64,000 bases of DNA from contig CALSSJ010000022.1 in NCBI GenBank assembly GCA_943788985.1, positions 128,001 to 192,000 of the forward strand, read 5' to 3'. Below are positions 30,473 to 41,679 of this stretch, one piece after another; position 1 is the first letter of the stretch; each line of letters opens with the position of its first letter. A program made the translations under genes and the position numbers. The notes beneath the pieces were generated by a model that was given only the letters and a program-made list of their open reading frames with translations, had not been told where the DNA came from and ran no database searches. Source of the stretch: an uncultured Lentisphaerales bacterium (GTDB lineage: Bacteria > Verrucomicrobiota > Lentisphaeria > JABSQK01 > UBA12247).

Positions 30473-31288
30473 CTAGCTATGAATTTTCCACTGTGCCAAG
30501 GAATGCCATTGTCCAATTGACAAATGCTCTGCACGAGAGTCTCTAGGAATTTCAAGCGCTTTAAACGCTTCTTCTGCATCGGGGAGTGTAGCCCTCAATA
30601 GCGGCAGTAGGCGCTTCCGACGTTGGCTAAAGCCGGGTGAGAGTAGCGCCTTCAGGGAGGCGAGCTCGTGTCGAGACGGAACGTCTACCTTGCGGCGGAG
30701 TTGCACGATTGCAGAGTCGACCGCTGGTGGGGGCCAAAAAACAGATGGAGAAACTTTGCGTAGCAGCTTTACGTCATAGGCGATCTGCGTACGGACACTG
30801 AGGGTGCCGTAGCTTTTGTTTCCCGAAGGCGCACACAGACGTTCGGCCATTTCGCGCTGCAGTAAAAACTGCATTCCCAACAACCGTTCGGAGAACTCCA
30901 GAAACCGCGCAATTGCAGGCCCACTTACGGAATACGGAAGGTTGGCGATGCACCAACAGTCCTTTGGGATCGCCGCGGCTAAATTCACCCGGCAGATATC
31001 ACCCTCAATCAGTTCAAAGGCGGGGTTGTGCTCGAAGCGTTCCCGCAGAAATTCTGCGAGGCGGCGATCAAATTCGATTGCCGTCACTCGATGGCCAGCT
31101 TCCAGTAATTCGTGCGTCAGAGCACCCGTGCCGGGGCCCACTTCGAGCACTGGCGTAACTGCGGAAATCTGCGGCGCTTGGGCGATCCAGCGCGTCAGGT
31201 TCGGGTCGATCAGGAAGTTCTGGCCAAGCCTCTTGCTCGGTCGGACATCGATCGCGTTCAGCAGGGGGATCAGCTCACTTTTGGTCAC
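30473..31288 (-). CDS. rsmA: 16S rRNA adenine dimethyltransferase RsmA/KsgA
   Basis: KRLGQNFL, EVGPGTGALT, ANLPYSV, FWPPPAVDS, FSQRRK. Confidence 0.95.
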   Translation of the reverse strand: MTKSELIPLLNAIDVRPSKRLGQNFLIDPNLTRWIAQAPQISAVTPVLEVGPGTGALTHELLEAGHRVTAIEFDRRLAEFLRERFEHNPAFELIEGDICRVNLAAAIPKDCWCIANLPYSVSGPAIARFLEFSERLLGMQFLLQREMAERLCAPSGNKSYGTLSVRTQIAYDVKLLRKVSPSVFWPPPAVDSAIVQLRRKVDVPSRHELASLKALLSPGFSQRRKRLLPLLRATLPDAEEAFKALEIPRDSRAEHLSIGQWHSLAQWKIHS

Positions 31289-31305
31289 CGGGTGACTCGC
31301 TGCCT

Positions 31306-32295
31306 CTACTGTTCAAAGTAGGTGCGAATAAAGCACTGATTCCGCAACTTTTTGATGAAGGAGGCATACCGGGTGGTGCGTTCCTGGCTGTATAGCTGCT
31401 GCTCGATACTGTCCCGCACCTCCTCGAAACTCCGGTGCACGGCGGCTCTGACATCGGCCAAATGCACGAACCAGACATCATCGTTCAGCCGCACCGGCCC
31501 CGCGACGTGTCCCTTGGTGTATTCACTGATCATATCAGAGATTTCTGAGCTCAGGTCACTGACCTTCATCCAGCCCATGTCGCCGTCATTCTCGGCGCTG
31601 AAATGCTCAGAATGCTCGCGCACCAGCTTCGAAAAGTCAGTCTCCGTCCGCACTAGGGAGGCGGTCTGCTGAATTCGGGCATCAAAATCGCCTTCGCTTC
31701 CGCCGCCACGTTTAATGATCAATGCTTGTAGCCGAATCTCCGGCGGCGAAGAATAATCGCTGCGATGCTCCTGGTACCATTGCTCGATTTCAATCGGAGC
31801 GACTTGGACCAACGAGTCCACCTCTTGGCTCAGCAACACCTCGACAGCCATGCGCTTCTCCACGGTCTCACGAAAGTCATCGAGCGACTGTCCTTGGTCC
31901 TGAAGAGTGGCGCGAAAGCGCTCCCAGTCCCCGCCGTTACGGTTCACAATTTCATCCAGTCGCTTCTCTATCACGCGTGGAGGAAGCCGAAACCCCTTGC
32001 GCTTAAACTCAGCAAACACGACCATGTGATCGATCATTTCGTTCGCGGCTTTCACTCTAAGTTTCGTCAGTTCCTCTTGAAACTTCGCCTGAGCGTCGCC
32101 GTTGTTCTTCGGGAAGTTAACCGCGAAATACTGCCGCAGCCGCTGCTCCTCCGGCTGGGTTGCCTTAGCCACATCATAGACGGTAATGATTTCGCTGTTT
32201 ACCTTGGCCAGGATGCCATCGGTATAGCTGGAAATGTCTGCGTTGACGAGCGAAGCCGTTAGCCCTGTTAGCATCAGCAATTGGTATACTTTCAT
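31306..32295 (-). CDS. surA: SurA-like periplasmic chaperone / parvulin PPIase
   Basis: Signal peptide; [29 protein letters not shown] rotamase motif; upstream of rsmA. Confidence 0.8.
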   Translation of the reverse strand: MKVYQLLMLTGLTASLVNADISSYTDGILAKVNSEIITVYDVAKATQPEEQRLRQYFAVNFPKNNGDAQAKFQEELTKLRVKAANEMIDHMVVFAEFKRKGFRLPPRVIEKRLDEIVNRNGGDWERFRATLQDQGQSLDDFRETVEKRMAVEVLLSQEVDSLVQVAPIEIEQWYQEHRSDYSSPPEIRLQALIIKRGGGSEGDFDARIQQTASLVRTETDFSKLVREHSEHFSAENDGDMGWMKVSDLSSEISDMISEYTKGHVAGPVRLNDDVWFVHLADVRAAVHRSFEEVRDSIEQQLYSQERTTRYASFIKKLRNQCFIRTYFEQ

Positions 32296-33587
32296 GCCAC
32301 GCTGTCCACTGATTCAGTCAATGTCAAAGATGGTTTTCCACGGCCGTCAATGACTTCTTTCGTGATCCGGCAGGACTCCACGTTACGCAAAGACGGCAGT
32401 TCGAACATGATATCGACCATGACGTTCTCCAAGATCGAGCGAAGCCCGCGCGCGCCTGTGCCACGTTCCTTGGCCGCCTTGGCCACTGCTCGGAGTGCAC
32501 CGTCAGTAAATGACAGTGCGACGCCGTCTACCATGAAAAGCTTCTGGTACTGTTTGACCAGGCAGTTGCGAGTCTTGCTCAGAACTGTAACTAAGTCACC
32601 TTCATCTAGTTGCTCCAAGACGCCGATTACCGGCAGTCTCCCGATGAACTCTGGAATCAGGCCGTACTTAACTAGATCCTCAGGCTGCCCTTCGCGCAGG
32701 ATGTTCAGGTCGTCCTCGCCATACTGCTGCACGCGCTTTTGGCCGTCTTGGACGGCACTCTGAAACCCCAGGATTCGCTTGCCGAGGCGACGGCGAATGA
32801 CTTTCTCCATGCCCACGAAAGCTCCGGAACAGATGAACAGAATATTGGAAGTGTCCACCTGGAGATATTCCTGATGCGGATGCTTTCTGCCCCCTTTGGG
32901 CGGAATATTCGCAACTGTGCCTTCGATAATCTTGAGCAATGCCTGTTGGACTCCCTCGCCGGAGACGTCACGGGTAATGCTGACATTCTCCGTCTTGCGG
33001 GCGATCTTGTCGATCTCGTCCACGTAGATAATGCCGATCTGGGCGCGTTCGATGTCGTAGTCTGCTGCCTGAACGAGGCGTAGCACGATGTTCTCCACGT
33101 CCTCGCCCACGTAGCCAGCTTCCGTAAGAGTGGTCGCATCGGTAATCGCCAGGGGCACATCCAACATACGTGCCAAGACCCGAGCCAGCAACGTCTTGCC
33201 GCAGCCTGTCGGGCCGATTAGCATCACGTTGCTTTTCTCGATCTCCACTTCTTCGTTCCCAGCCACGTCCTCGTCCTTAATCTTCAGGCGCTTGTAGTGG
33301 TTGTGAACCGCGACCGCTAGAACACGTTTCACCGCATCCTGACCGACCACATATTCATCCAGTTTTTTCTTGATGTCCTGAGGTGTGGGCACCTTGAGCG
33401 GGACATGCTCATGCGACTCCGGCGTTAGGAAGCCATCCTCGCCCTCGCCGTCGCCGAGCATTTCTCCACAGAGCTCTACACAAGTTGCGCAGATGAAGAC
33501 CCCACTGGGGCTGGAAATCATCTGCGGTGCTTCGGATCTCGAGCGGCCGCAGAAGGAGCAGAATACGTCTTCGCCTTTCTCTGCCAC
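32292..33587 (-). CDS. clpX: ATP-dependent Clp protease ATP-binding subunit
   Basis: CSFCG..ICATCV zinc finger, [37 protein letters not shown] start inferred at 33587. Confidence 0.97.
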   Translation of the reverse strand: MAEKGEDVFCSFCGRSRSEAPQMISSPSGVFICATCVELCGEMLGDGEGEDGFLTPESHEHVPLKVPTPQDIKKKLDEYVVGQDAVKRVLAVAVHNHYKRLKIKDEDVAGNEEVEIEKSNVMLIGPTGCGKTLLARVLARMLDVPLAITDATTLTEAGYVGEDVENIVLRLVQAADYDIERAQIGIIYVDEIDKIARKTENVSITRDVSGEGVQQALLKIIEGTVANIPPKGGRKHPHQEYLQVDTSNILFICSGAFVGMEKVIRRRLGKRILGFQSAVQDGQKRVQQYGEDDLNILREGQPEDLVKYGLIPEFIGRLPVIGVLEQLDEGDLVTVLSKTRNCLVKQYQKLFMVDGVALSFTDGALRAVAKAAKERGTGARGLRSILENVMVDIMFELPSLRNVESCRITKEVIDGRGKPSLTLTESVDSVA

Positions 33588-33588
33588 T

Positions 33589-34203
33589 TCAGCTCTTCTC
33601 AGCGTCTTTTTTGTCGGCGCGCAGGACTGAATCCACCACGCCATATTCACGGGCTTCTTCAGCGGACATGAAGTAATCGCGCTTGGTGTCCAGACGCACT
33701 TGCTCGGTCTCTTTGCTGGTGTGGTGGCCAATGATCTCATTCAGACGATCACGCAAACGCAGCATTTCCTTGGCGCGAATGGAGATATCGGCAGCAGTGC
33801 CTTCCCCGCCGCCCTGAGGTTGATGCATCATGATGCGGGCGTTGGGCAGCGCGTAGCGCTTTCCGGCCGTCCCGGCGCTCAGGAGGATGGCCCCCATGCT
33901 TGCTGCCTGCCCGACACAGTAAGTGCGGACATCGCAGCTCAGAATTTGCATCGTATCGTAGATAGCCAACCCGGCTGTCACCGAGCCACCCGGAGAATTT
34001 ACCCAGAAGTCGATATCCTTCTTCGGATCCTCCGACTGCAGAAACAGCAATTGGGCAATGATTATGTTGGCGACCACATCGTCAATCTGCGTACCCAGCA
34101 GCACGATGCGATCCATCAGCAACCGGGAAAAGATATCCATTCCCCGTTCGCCATGAGCGGTTTGTTCTATGATATTGGGAATCCCAATCGCCCGTTCATT
34201 CAT
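33589..34203 (-). CDS. clpP: ATP-dependent Clp protease proteolytic subunit
   Basis: [39 protein letters not shown]. Confidence 0.97.
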   Translation of the reverse strand: MNERAIGIPNIIEQTAHGERGMDIFSRLLMDRIVLLGTQIDDVVANIIIAQLLFLQSEDPKKDIDFWVNSPGGSVTAGLAIYDTMQILSCDVRTYCVGQAASMGAILLSAGTAGKRYALPNARIMMHQPQGGGEGTAADISIRAKEMLRLRDRLNEIIGHHTSKETEQVRLDTKRDYFMSAEEAREYGVVDSVLRADKKDAEKS

Positions 34204-35605
34204 CGCCTGTTTTCTCCTCGGTCTCATCATCGTGGCTGTGACTGCAGTTCGAATGGTCGTGCTTATCGCAGCTTGACTCATCGTTGTCTGTAGCGTCGTC
34301 GGACTCCGAAAACTCCGTGACGTTCGCCAGTTCTAGGATTCGGTTAATGGTGCTTTCCAGCACTTGATTAAAGCGTACGGTCTCTTCCATTGCCTGCGGG
34401 TCCGCATCCTCTTCGCGGCCTGCTTGGAGCATTTGCATGCGCATCTGGGCAACACCGTGCTGCACGGCATCATCGTCAGCCTTGATCTCCTCGGCCTCGG
34501 CGATTGCCTGCAGGACGAGCCGTCCTCTGAGGTTGTTTGCTGCGGTCTCTTCAACCTCCTCACGAACACTCTCGACAAACTCCTGCATTTCCTCTTCGCT
34601 ATGCATGTGTTTGTTGCGTGCCAGACGGCGCAAGACAGACTCTTCCTCATTGCGCAGCATCGACGGAGGCAAGGGAAAATCCTGATCTTTCGTCAGTTCG
34701 CCCATGATCTGGGCCTGCGATAGCTCACGATTCATGCGCTCCGCTTCTTGGCTTGCGGACTCCGCAATGCGGTCACGCAGATCTTGGATGCCTTCGAGGC
34801 GAACCATTTCCTTCACCCACTCATCAGTCAATTCAGGCAACGTTACCTGGCTCACTTTGAGCACCTCGACCTCATAGGCGAATGACTTTCCAGCCAGAAC
34901 GGCTTCGTCCCAACCCTCAGGAAACTCGATTGTCACTTCCGTCGGCTCATCCTTAGACATTCCAATCACGGCGGTCTCTAGGCCGGGAAGGGGGGCGCGG
35001 GCGCCTACTTCCATAAACTCTTCATCCGACCCGAACATCTTTTCGAGGCTGGAGCAGGAATGGTCAGTCTTCGGCTTCTCTTTGATCGCATAGCGAATCG
35101 AAAGCAGATCACCTTCGGCTGCGGGGCGCTCTACGTCGTCGTAGGTGGCGTGCTGGCGCAGGATTTGCTCAATCTGACGGTCAATCTGCTCGTCAACGGC
35201 TTGGCCGGGCATCTGCTTAATCTCGACGCCCTTGTACTCTGGCACGTCGAACGTGGGCATGGTGTCCACGTGCAAGATGCATGAGTAGGTCTTGCCATCG
35301 ACTAGGCCCACATCGCCCTCGACAAAGCGCGGTGCGCTCGCAGGCTTGGCCTCAATCCTTTTGAAAATTTCAGGAAGAGAGTCCTGAATCATGGACTGGA
35401 TCACATCCTGGTCGATCTGCGCGGCATGACGGCGACGGATCAGTTTGAGCGGGACCTTTCCTGGGCGAAACCCCGGCACTTGCGCGCCCTTGAGTTGCCT
35501 GACTTTGTCATTCACTAAACTTGCGACGTGGCTCGCTTCTGCTTCGAGCTTGACTATACGAACGCAGGGCTCGCCTTCGAGCACCTCAATACTGATCTGA
35601 TCCAA
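34196..35605 (-). CDS. tig: Trigger factor
   Basis: [10 protein letters not shown] ribosome-binding motif, FKBP-like centre, tig-clpP-clpX synteny. Confidence 0.93.
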   Translation of the reverse strand: MDQISIEVLEGEPCVRIVKLEAEASHVASLVNDKVRQLKGAQVPGFRPGKVPLKLIRRRHAAQIDQDVIQSMIQDSLPEIFKRIEAKPASAPRFVEGDVGLVDGKTYSCILHVDTMPTFDVPEYKGVEIKQMPGQAVDEQIDRQIEQILRQHATYDDVERPAAEGDLLSIRYAIKEKPKTDHSCSSLEKMFGSDEEFMEVGARAPLPGLETAVIGMSKDEPTEVTIEFPEGWDEAVLAGKSFAYEVEVLKVSQVTLPELTDEWVKEMVRLEGIQDLRDRIAESASQEAERMNRELSQAQIMGELTKDQDFPLPPSMLRNEEESVLRRLARNKHMHSEEEMQEFVESVREEVEETAANNLRGRLVLQAIAEAEEIKADDDAVQHGVAQMRMQMLQAGREEDADPQAMEETVRFNQVLESTINRILELANVTEFSESDDATDNDESSCDKHDHSNCSHSHDDETEEKTGDE

Positions 35606-36527
35606 CGCTGCACCTGAGATTTTTGGAGGTCTGGCAGTTTATCTCGCGGCTAGAGTACACGCAAGAGAAACAAGTACTATAGCGCGCATTACCTGCTCCG
35701 CCTAGCAGCAACGCAGACCCTTGCGCCCTGACCGACCTAGCTTAGTCTGCTGATACGCCAGCCAAGCGGCACTATTTCGGGTGAGTATTGTCCCTGCCGA
35801 CGTCGAATGAACGAGCGAGAAAGGCGGTCCAAAGCGCGGTGTGCCGCTATTTCTCGGGGTAGTTACTGTCTGGAGACCAATCACCACTACAGGCCGGACT
35901 GAGTGCATGGATCAGGTGCAAGCTGCAGGAGCGACAGTGACGCGGCCGACATATGGGCTTGGCGCACTGGAGAAGAACCCAACAGCCCGCGGAGACACTC
36001 CCGCCGTCGCAAAAATGATGAATTTGGAGATGATTTTCGGTCTGGCTCCGGAAAGCCTACAACCGTGCGTCTACTGCGTGCGAAGCTTTGGGGCAAGGCG
36101 TCCAAAAGGCGCATTTACAGCAGGCGCGAGTTTATCCACGGGCTGCTAGCAGGGCTCGTGGCACGGAGGAGGGGCAGAAGCGTTATTCGAGGATCTCAGG
36201 CATTTGCGCAACGCCGGATGCCCGAAAGGTTGAAGGTCGACTATTTGGCCACCTCAGTGCCGTTGCCCTTGGTCTTTGAGGTGATCTGGATGCGCGCCAA
36301 GTTTCGGCGGCAACCAACCTGCTGTCGTTCGCTAAAGAGCGCCTGGGGAACCTGCGTGCCAACTAAGATTGCTCGCGCTGTCGCAGCACCGGAAACGACG
36401 GCGTTGGTCCAGCGCGATCTCGGGAGGGCGCTGGAATGGGACCTCTAACCCGCATTCGCGCCCCGCAGTTTCGATCTCCGCATCATCGGCTGCGGCCCGA
36501 GCCGTGCCACACCCAGAACCCGCATAC

Positions 36528-38912
36528 TCATCTCGTCAACAACGCCTCGAAAGGCGGCAGATAAACGCCCTCGAATGGGCGCTCTGACTGCCAGGATTGC
36601 TCCGTCTCCAGCCAAGCCTTTCCGGGCTCTAGTTCCCCCGCAAACGGCGTTGGGAATAGAGTCGGGGCGCGAGCTTTCTGAATCGTAAACAGCAGCAGGT
36701 TGCGCAGAAAAAATGACTGCGGCAGCAGCAATAAATTCGCCGGAAACTCGGGTGCGAACTCCGCAGATTCGGGCCGCACATCCCAGCCCGCACCGCCGTG
36801 CTCGATCACGAGCATGTGATCCTCGCGCAGCCAGCCCAGCCAGCCATCGCCGGCCACCAGCAACGGCGGCGCATCGGCGAGCATCCAGATTGCGAACACC
36901 GCACAGGACTCCGCGGGGCCCGCGCCATTCACCATCTGGTCCGGGGCACGCGTGTCCTGCTCTGTCACCGTGCACTGAGCGAGAAGCTGATGCAAGTCGT
37001 TCGTTGTATCGGTCGAGCGAATGTTTCGCGCGCGGGCCAGCAGCGCCAGCCACCACTCTGCGTCAATCTCGTGAAACCCACCATGCGCCAGCTCCGTGCT
37101 AGGGCGCAAATCGGACAGTAGCCGTCCTAGGGCGGGATCGGCAAAGCGTTCTGGCCTCGCCTTCTGGTGCAGCGGGGGCCAGTCTCTCATCGCCTGAGCT
37201 GCTGCCTTGGCATCACCGGAGTTCAGGGCGACTGCCCACAGTTCCAGAGATTTTTTGCGATCGGGCCACCAAAACTTCCCGCGGTAAGCATACAACTCAC
37301 GCAGGCGCTCCGAAACATCGTGAAGCTCGGCCGTTTCCCCGCACGCATGGGCGTTCCAATACCGCTCCTGCCAGCCGCTGAGCATCCAAGGGTAGAGCTC
37401 CGTCTCGCGTTGGTAGTGCGGCCGTGCCGAGAGTGGGTCACCACTCATCATGAAGGCCAAGCCCAGATACCGTTGCAGGTGGGCAAAGTCCGGGGCCAAC
37501 CTCTCGCACTGGAGCAAGAGTGGCATCGCCAGATCGGGGTCACGCTGCTGCATCGCCAATGCCCCGCCCTCGTACAGCAGGTTGTGATTTGTGGGGTCTT
37601 CGGCGAAAGCAGACCGAAATTCGCGAATCGCTTCATGGGCTTGGCCACTTTTCTGATACAGCTTGGCGCGGAGCGTCGCGGTTCCGGTGCTGAGCACGCG
37701 GTGGCTCAGTAGGCCAACGCTGGCCAGCAGGCACAGGCCCAGGCACGTAGAGAGCAGTCTGTAATCTTCCACCCATGCCAAAGCCTGTGGTTTTGCGGAG
37801 TTGGCAAACCGTCGCCAGCATAGGCCGATGCAGGTGAAGGCGATCAGGTCGGTCGGCGCAATTGCCTGAATGCGGTCCAGCTGGCCGTGCACCAGCAGTG
37901 CGACACAGGAGACAAAGGCAAGCTTGCGTATTGGATTTGGATCAGCGATGCAAGCGACGACCGAAACGCACAGAATTAGCCACAGAACGGCCGCAGGAAT
38001 CCCGCGCGTAGCGGCAATATTTAGCGTCTCGTTGTGTGGGTGGCGTGTCACATCAGCTGCGTCGTAGCGCAGCTGATAGTCAGTCTTTAAGGTTTGCTGT
38101 GGTGCGTGCAGTTCATAGCGCCCCACGCCTACTCCCAGAAGCGGATGGTCCGCGACCATGTGTGCGGCCGTCTGCCACAGGGCCGGGCGCATATCCTGCT
38201 TTGCCAGTTTGGGGACGAGTTGCGTGCCAGCCGCGAGCGCGACGATCACGACCATCGTACCAGCGCCCCAGCGCGCGCGGAGCGGCAGCTTGCCCAACGC
38301 TAGCGCTCCGAGTGCTGCCAGCAGCGCAAGCAAGGCAGCTCGGCTATCTGCCAAGCGCAACATCATCAGCGAGCCGCAGCTAATCACGCACCAGCCCGAC
38401 CAGCGCAGCCCGCGGGGAAGCGTCCGCAGCATATAGCCGGCCCAAGGGGCGGTTGCCAAGACACAGGTCGCAAACCAGTTGCGGTTTCCGCAGGTGCCGA
38501 TGACGGTTTCCTCCGTGACCACGGCCAGCGTCCCATAGCCGACCTGCAGGCACCAGCACAGCGCCAGCGCCGCGGCAATCTTGCCTTCATCTCGATCATC
38601 TAAATAGGCAATCCCGAGCGCCAGCAGCGGGAAGCACGCTGCTTCGACAATCGAGAGCAGGCGCCAGCCGGGCACCGCAAACTGAGCCAGCAGCAGCAGC
38701 CCATACGCTGCTAGGCAGCCGATCAGCCACTTCGGGAGTGCCAGCCAGCGCGTCGTGATGCCGACCACGGCCAGCCCGCTCAGCACTGCGTAGACTGGAA
38801 GCCGGATGTAGTACCCATGCAGGGTGAAGGGAGGCGGATTCAAGGCAAGGGGCCAAGCTGCCAAGATGCAGGCACCAGTCGTCAGGGCAAAGGCTGCGGA
38901 CCACCAGCGCAT
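36528..38912 (-). CDS. O-antigen ligase (Wzy_C) family membrane protein with TPR region
   Basis: GNRNWFA, SRAALLA, R..LWQTA..MVADHPLLGVGVG, HPHNETL; TPR-like helices in the C-terminal half. Confidence 0.85.
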   Translation of the reverse strand: MRWWSAAFALTTGACILAAWPLALNPPPFTLHGYYIRLPVYAVLSGLAVVGITTRWLALPKWLIGCLAAYGLLLLAQFAVPGWRLLSIVEAACFPLLALGIAYLDDRDEGKIAAALALCWCLQVGYGTLAVVTEETVIGTCGNRNWFATCVLATAPWAGYMLRTLPRGLRWSGWCVISCGSLMMLRLADSRAALLALLAALGALALGKLPLRARWGAGTMVVIVALAAGTQLVPKLAKQDMRPALWQTAAHMVADHPLLGVGVGRYELHAPQQTLKTDYQLRYDAADVTRHPHNETLNIAATRGIPAAVLWLILCVSVVACIADPNPIRKLAFVSCVALLVHGQLDRIQAIAPTDLIAFTCIGLCWRRFANSAKPQALAWVEDYRLLSTCLGLCLLASVGLLSHRVLSTGTATLRAKLYQKSGQAHEAIREFRSAFAEDPTNHNLLYEGGALAMQQRDPDLAMPLLLQCERLAPDFAHLQRYLGLAFMMSGDPLSARPHYQRETELYPWMLSGWQERYWNAHACGETAELHDVSERLRELYAYRGKFWWPDRKKSLELWAVALNSGDAKAAAQAMRDWPPLHQKARPERFADPALGRLLSDLRPSTELAHGGFHEIDAEWWLALLARARNIRSTDTTNDLHQLLAQCTVTEQDTRAPDQMVNGAGPAESCAVFAIWMLADAPPLLVAGDGWLGWLREDHMLVIEHGGAGWDVRPESAEFAPEFPANLLLLPQSFFLRNLLLFTIQKARAPTLFPTPFAGELEPGKAWLETEQSWQSERPFEGVYLPPFEALLTR

Positions 38913-39985
38913 TAGGCGTCTAACGGCTCCACACGGGTGGCCGCCTGCAGTTTTCCGCGCACGGCATCTGGCCCAGGCTGAATTCTTAGCAGGGCACCGG
39001 TCTCCGCGCGCAGAAAAAACTCATTGGCTGACGATTTCTTACGGCGGCTTACTACCACTTCCGGGGCTACGCGGCCATTGCAGAGGTAGCGAACCCCCGA
39101 GCGGTGGACCTTTCGCACGTCGGAGAGCACCCGCCAGCTGGCGGCGGTCTCTGGGGCGGCGGGACCAGTTACCAGGCCGCTGAAATGATGCCGATGGTTC
39201 AAGCGTCCAGCCTGATTCGACATGCGTTGCACAAATGGAACGATCGCGCGGTTCACCGTGAAATTACACCAATTATCCGCGGCCAACGGGCAGACCGCGT
39301 GCGCAGGGCAGGGGAACTGGATCCCGTGGCCCGTGGCCACTAAGGCGTCACGCGCGCCAAGCATGCGCAGAAAGCCGGGGCGGTTGCCTGGCTCGATCAA
39401 TAGCGCGTGAGTCGGCCCGAAGTCGCGCAGCGCATCGGTTGCGGAGTCCGCACATTCCATCAGCACGTTGCCCCCGAGGACGAGGTCGTATTGGCCGCCT
39501 GCCTGCTGCCAGTCAGCGCAACGAAACGAAACATCGATGGACTCGAATGGGGCGTAGTTGCGCAGCGATTCTGCCAGACGTTCAGCCAGCGCTACCGCTT
39601 CAGCCGTTCGCTCTATTCCGATAACGGGCGGCATGTTTTGCAGCCGCTCGGGCGCGTACTTGGCCAGATAAAACAGCCAGGCCCAGACCAGCGTTCCCGG
39701 GCCGCTCCCGAGGTCCACCAGCGTGCCAGCTGGTGGAATGCCGGCTCGCGACAGTAAAAACCACAGCTTGGGCATGTTGATCGTCATGTAGTACAGCGAA
39801 TAAGCGCGGAGCGTTGCGAGCTCGGCAAAGTAGTCCGCAGGCAGCGTTCCGCCGTCGCGCCAGGCCCGGTTCATGGCAAATAGCGGCTCTAGCACGTCCG
39901 CTTTGGTCTCTTCGCCCGCGGTAAGCTCGAGGGCAGTGAACAGCCAGTCTTGGTAAAATTTTGGGTAGCAGTCTAGGATAGGCAA
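38912..39985 (-). CDS. Rsm22/METTL17-family SAM-dependent methyltransferase
   Basis: AYSLYY, VDLGSGPGT, LLIEPG, PCPAHAVCPL..WCNF, LC; TTG start inferred just after the upstream stop. Confidence 0.75.
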   Translation of the reverse strand: MPILDCYPKFYQDWLFTALELTAGEETKADVLEPLFAMNRAWRDGGTLPADYFAELATLRAYSLYYMTINMPKLWFLLSRAGIPPAGTLVDLGSGPGTLVWAWLFYLAKYAPERLQNMPPVIGIERTAEAVALAERLAESLRNYAPFESIDVSFRCADWQQAGGQYDLVLGGNVLMECADSATDALRDFGPTHALLIEPGNRPGFLRMLGARDALVATGHGIQFPCPAHAVCPLAADNWCNFTVNRAIVPFVQRMSNQAGRLNHRHHFSGLVTGPAAPETAASWRVLSDVRKVHRSGVRYLCNGRVAPEVVVSRRKKSSANEFFLRAETGALLRIQPGPDAVRGKLQAATRVEPLDA

Positions 39986-39989
39986 GAGA

Positions 39990-40466
39990 TCACGCTTGGG
40001 AGTCGCTTCTAGTAATCGTATCCAGCAGGCCTGTGCAGGCGTCTTCGAGAAGATCAATGACGCGCTCGAAACCTGCGGATCCGCCGTAATACGGGTCTGG
40101 GATGGCATCCACCTGATAGTTTCGGCAGTAGTCTGTCATCTTGACGATGCGGTCGTTGTATCCGTCCGCGCGCTCAAGGCCACGCAGGTCCTCGCAGTTG
40201 CTGTCGTCCATGGCCACCAAGTAGTCGAACTCTGCGAAGTCGGCAGGTCGCACCTGCCGGGACCGGCTGGTCAGGCAGTAGCCGCGGGCCTCGGCATGGC
40301 GGCGCATCCGCGCATCTGCCTGTTCTCCGACATGCCAGCCGCTGGTGCCGGCTGAGTCGCACGTAATCTCCTCGCTTAGCCCGCGTTGTGCGACGAGCGC
40401 GATCATGACCGCCTCCGCGGTTGGGGAGCGGCAGATGTTTCCCAGACAGACGAAGAGCAGGCGCAT
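39990..40466 (-). CDS. Low-molecular-weight protein-tyrosine phosphatase
   Basis: FVCLGNICRSPTAE, DSAGT, DPYYG. Confidence 0.95.
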   Translation of the reverse strand: MRLLFVCLGNICRSPTAEAVMIALVAQRGLSEEITCDSAGTSGWHVGEQADARMRRHAEARGYCLTSRSRQVRPADFAEFDYLVAMDDSNCEDLRGLERADGYNDRIVKMTDYCRNYQVDAIPDPYYGGSAGFERVIDLLEDACTGLLDTITRSDSQA

Positions 40467-40561
40467 AGTTTTCCTTCGGTAGGCGGTGATTGAAAGCGGC
40501 ACGGGCATATCAACAGTAGCCGGAACCCGTGGGCACGCAATTTGACCAAGGAAAATATCGG

Positions 40562-41617
40562 ATGGCAGCAAGGTTAAGGGCAGTAGTCGTCGGCTGCGGT
40601 GGGATTAGTAATGCTTGGATGAACTCACGTGCTGTAAAGGAGGGGGCCGAAGTCGTTGGCGTCGTGGATCTGTGCGAGGAGACCACCCGTAAGTTTGTGG
40701 AGAAGTGGAAGCTGCCGGCCTCTACCTTCAGCGGGACCGAGTTGGCAGCGGTGCTGAAAGCCGCCGAGCCGGACGTGGTGTTCGATCTGACCATTCCAGA
40801 GGCGCATTGCGAGGTGACCTGCACCGCATTGCAGCATGGCTGTCATGTCATCGGCGAGAAGCCCATGGCTGCAACCTTGGAAGAGGGGAGGCGCATGGTC
40901 GGCGAGGCCAAGGCCGCTGGCAAAATCTATGCCGTTACGCAGACGCGTCGTTACAACCCCAGAATCCGGCAGCTGCAGGCGTTTCTTGAATCCGGCGCAA
41001 TTGGCCAGGTCCACACGGTGCACGCCGACTTCTTCATTGCTGCGCACTTCGGGGGCTTCCGAGAGAAAATGGACCACGTGCTGCTGTTGGACATGGCCAT
41101 CCACAGCTTTGACCAAGCCCGGATGCTTACCCCCGGGCTCCCCGCCCGCGTGGTGGCAGAAAGTTGGAATCCGCCAGGCTCCTGGTACCGGGATGGCGCT
41201 TCGGCTTGGGCCGCATTTATGACGGCAACAGGCGCGCGCTTTCATTATCGCGGGTCATGGACTGCCACTGGCGCGCAGACAACTTGGGAGTGCGGCTGGC
41301 GAATCTTGGGCGACCGCGGTGCGGTTAGCTGGAACGGCGGAGATGAGATGCATGCCGAGCGGGTGGTTGATCCGGACCAGCCATCTGCCGAACACGGCGG
41401 TGGGTTGATGCGAAACCTGGAGGAGATTGAGATCCCCAACCCGATCGCCGACGGCTACCGCAGCGAGCATGATGGGGCGATCTATGATGCCCTCAGCGCG
41501 ATTCGTAAAGGGCGAGCTCCCGAGACCGTCTGCCACGACAACTTCTACAGCTTGGCGATGGTGCACGCCGCGATCGAGAGCTCCGAGAAGGGGTGCATCC
41601 CGGTAGAGATCGGCTAA
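40562..41617 (+). CDS. Gfo/Idh/MocA family oxidoreductase
   Basis: VVGCGGIS, EKPMA, DMAIHSFD. Confidence 0.92.
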   Translation: MAARLRAVVVGCGGISNAWMNSRAVKEGAEVVGVVDLCEETTRKFVEKWKLPASTFSGTELAAVLKAAEPDVVFDLTIPEAHCEVTCTALQHGCHVIGEKPMAATLEEGRRMVGEAKAAGKIYAVTQTRRYNPRIRQLQAFLESGAIGQVHTVHADFFIAAHFGGFREKMDHVLLLDMAIHSFDQARMLTPGLPARVVAESWNPPGSWYRDGASAWAAFMTATGARFHYRGSWTATGAQTTWECGWRILGDRGAVSWNGGDEMHAERVVDPDQPSAEHGGGLMRNLEEIEIPNPIADGYRSEHDGAIYDALSAIRKGRAPETVCHDNFYSLAMVHAAIESSEKGCIPVEIG

Positions 41618-41679
41618 GTTCGCGTCCTTCGCGGACGTCTGGAAACCTAGAGCGTGGTTTCCTTGGGGTGGCGCGTTGC

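Noticed and set aside
35903..36448. ORF with a Tat-like SRREFI motif
   Set aside because: The motif is internal, has no proper hydrophobic region, and the Arg-rich composition looks non-coding.
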